Assembly (NCBI GenBank): GCA_004799545.1
Contig: SSMU01000019.1
Coordinates: forward strand, 151-64,150
Length of the DNA: 64,000 nucleotides
DNA from: Phenylobacterium sp.
Lineage (GTDB): Bacteria > Pseudomonadota > Alphaproteobacteria > Caulobacterales > Caulobacteraceae
Direction: 5' to 3'
The first letter of the stretch is position 1. Every line of letters starts with the position of its first letter. Below, in pieces: positions 63,345-64,000 of the stretch. The position numbers and the translations under genes are program-made. Below the pieces are notes generated by a model that worked only from the letters and a program-made list of their open reading frames with translations, ran no database searches and was not told where the DNA came from.

Positions 63345-64000
63345 TCACGCCTGAAAGAGCGGCAGCGCCAGCCCTTTCACGCCCGGCTCGATGGCGAACA
63401 GATGACCGGCCCGCAACGGCGCCGTGGCGGCGCTCTCGGCCAGGTATTCCCAGGCGGTGGTGATGAACAGGGTGGCGAGGTCCGGGCCGCCGAAGGCGCA
63501 GCAGCTGGGCTGCTCCACGGGGACTTCGATCACCCGATCGATGCGCCCGTCAGGGGCGTAGCGGACCACCCGGGAGAGGCCCCACTGGGCGTTCCACAGG
63601 AAGCCCTCCGCATCCATGGCCGATCCGTCGGGGACCCCGGCCTCGCCGATCGTCTGGGCGAACACCTCGCGGCGGGCAAGATCCGCCGTGTCGTAGGTCC
63701 AGATGGTCTTGCGGACGGAATCGGCCAGATAGAGCCGCGACCCGTCCGGGCTCAGCGCCAGGCTGTTGGCGATGTGGATGCCGGAGATCACCGGCTCGGT
63801 GAAGCCGTCGGCGCAGGTGCGGAAGATCACCCCCGGCCGCTTGCCGCCATCGTCGTCCATGCTCGACCACCAGAAGCAGCCGTCGCCCAGCATGACACCG
63901 TCGTTGCTGCGGAACCCCGGTCCGAGGTCCATCGGCTGGCGGAGCTCCACCTCACGGGTCTGCGAGTCGAAGACCGCGAGTCCGCGTTCGGTCGCGAGAA
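63345..64000 (-). CDS. SMP-30/gluconolactonase/LRE family lactonase (N-terminus outside window)
   Basis: The frame stays open to the window edge. ..GPGFRSNDGVMLGDGCFWWSSMDDDG...NSLALSPDGSRLYLADS...PDGSAMDAEGFLWNAQWG..CCAFGGPDLATLFITTA is the lactonase beta-propeller pattern. Confidence 0.8.
   Translation of the reverse strand, partial: LATERGLAVFDSQTREVELRQPMDLGPGFRSNDGVMLGDGCFWWSSMDDDGGKRPGVIFRTCADGFTEPVISGIHIANSLALSPDGSRLYLADSVRKTIWTYDTADLARREVFAQTIGEAGVPDGSAMDAEGFLWNAQWGLSRVVRYAPDGRIDRVIEVPVEQPSCCAFGGPDLATLFITTAWEYLAESAATAPLRAGHLFAIEPGVKGLALPLFQA

Overview
High-GC (about two-thirds G+C by eye) chromosomal segment. Gene content and motifs point to an alphaproteobacterium, probably Caulobacterales-like; the taxon is an inference. 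I call about 65 protein genes, 2 tRNAs (Val-CAC, Lys-CTT), 3 intrinsic-terminator candidates and 4 promoter motifs. Most genes are housekeeping or envelope functions: glmU-rpiA, folD, gor, class II DAHP synthase, a cobA/sulfite reductase/cysH sulfate-assimilation operon followed by fpr, a YdeP/FdhD/MobA molybdoenzyme set, an Mla-like ABC operon, and a dgoK/dgoA sugar-acid cluster. I saw no transposase, integrase, phage genes, CRISPR array or recognisable defence or toxin system. Many long ORFs in the track are antisense or out-of-frame artefacts of the high GC content. The most unusual content is: (1) a tandem triplication of genes for secreted proteins, each built from three TonB C-terminal-like modules; (2) directly downstream, a two-domain retropepsin-like protease with a 10-proline tail, paired with a DUF6445/2OG-oxygenase-like gene; (3) four exact GGAAC-N16/17-CGTT (EcfG/SigT general-stress-response type) promoter motifs, correctly placed upstream of envelope genes; (4) two large fusion enzymes (glycosyltransferase-UDP-galactopyranose mutase, and GH1-like-RmlD-like) flanking galE; (5) a sensor-less protein that reads like a degenerate GGDEF-EAL pair. 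All family assignments come from reading the translated sequences, with no database search, so they need HMM/BLAST confirmation.
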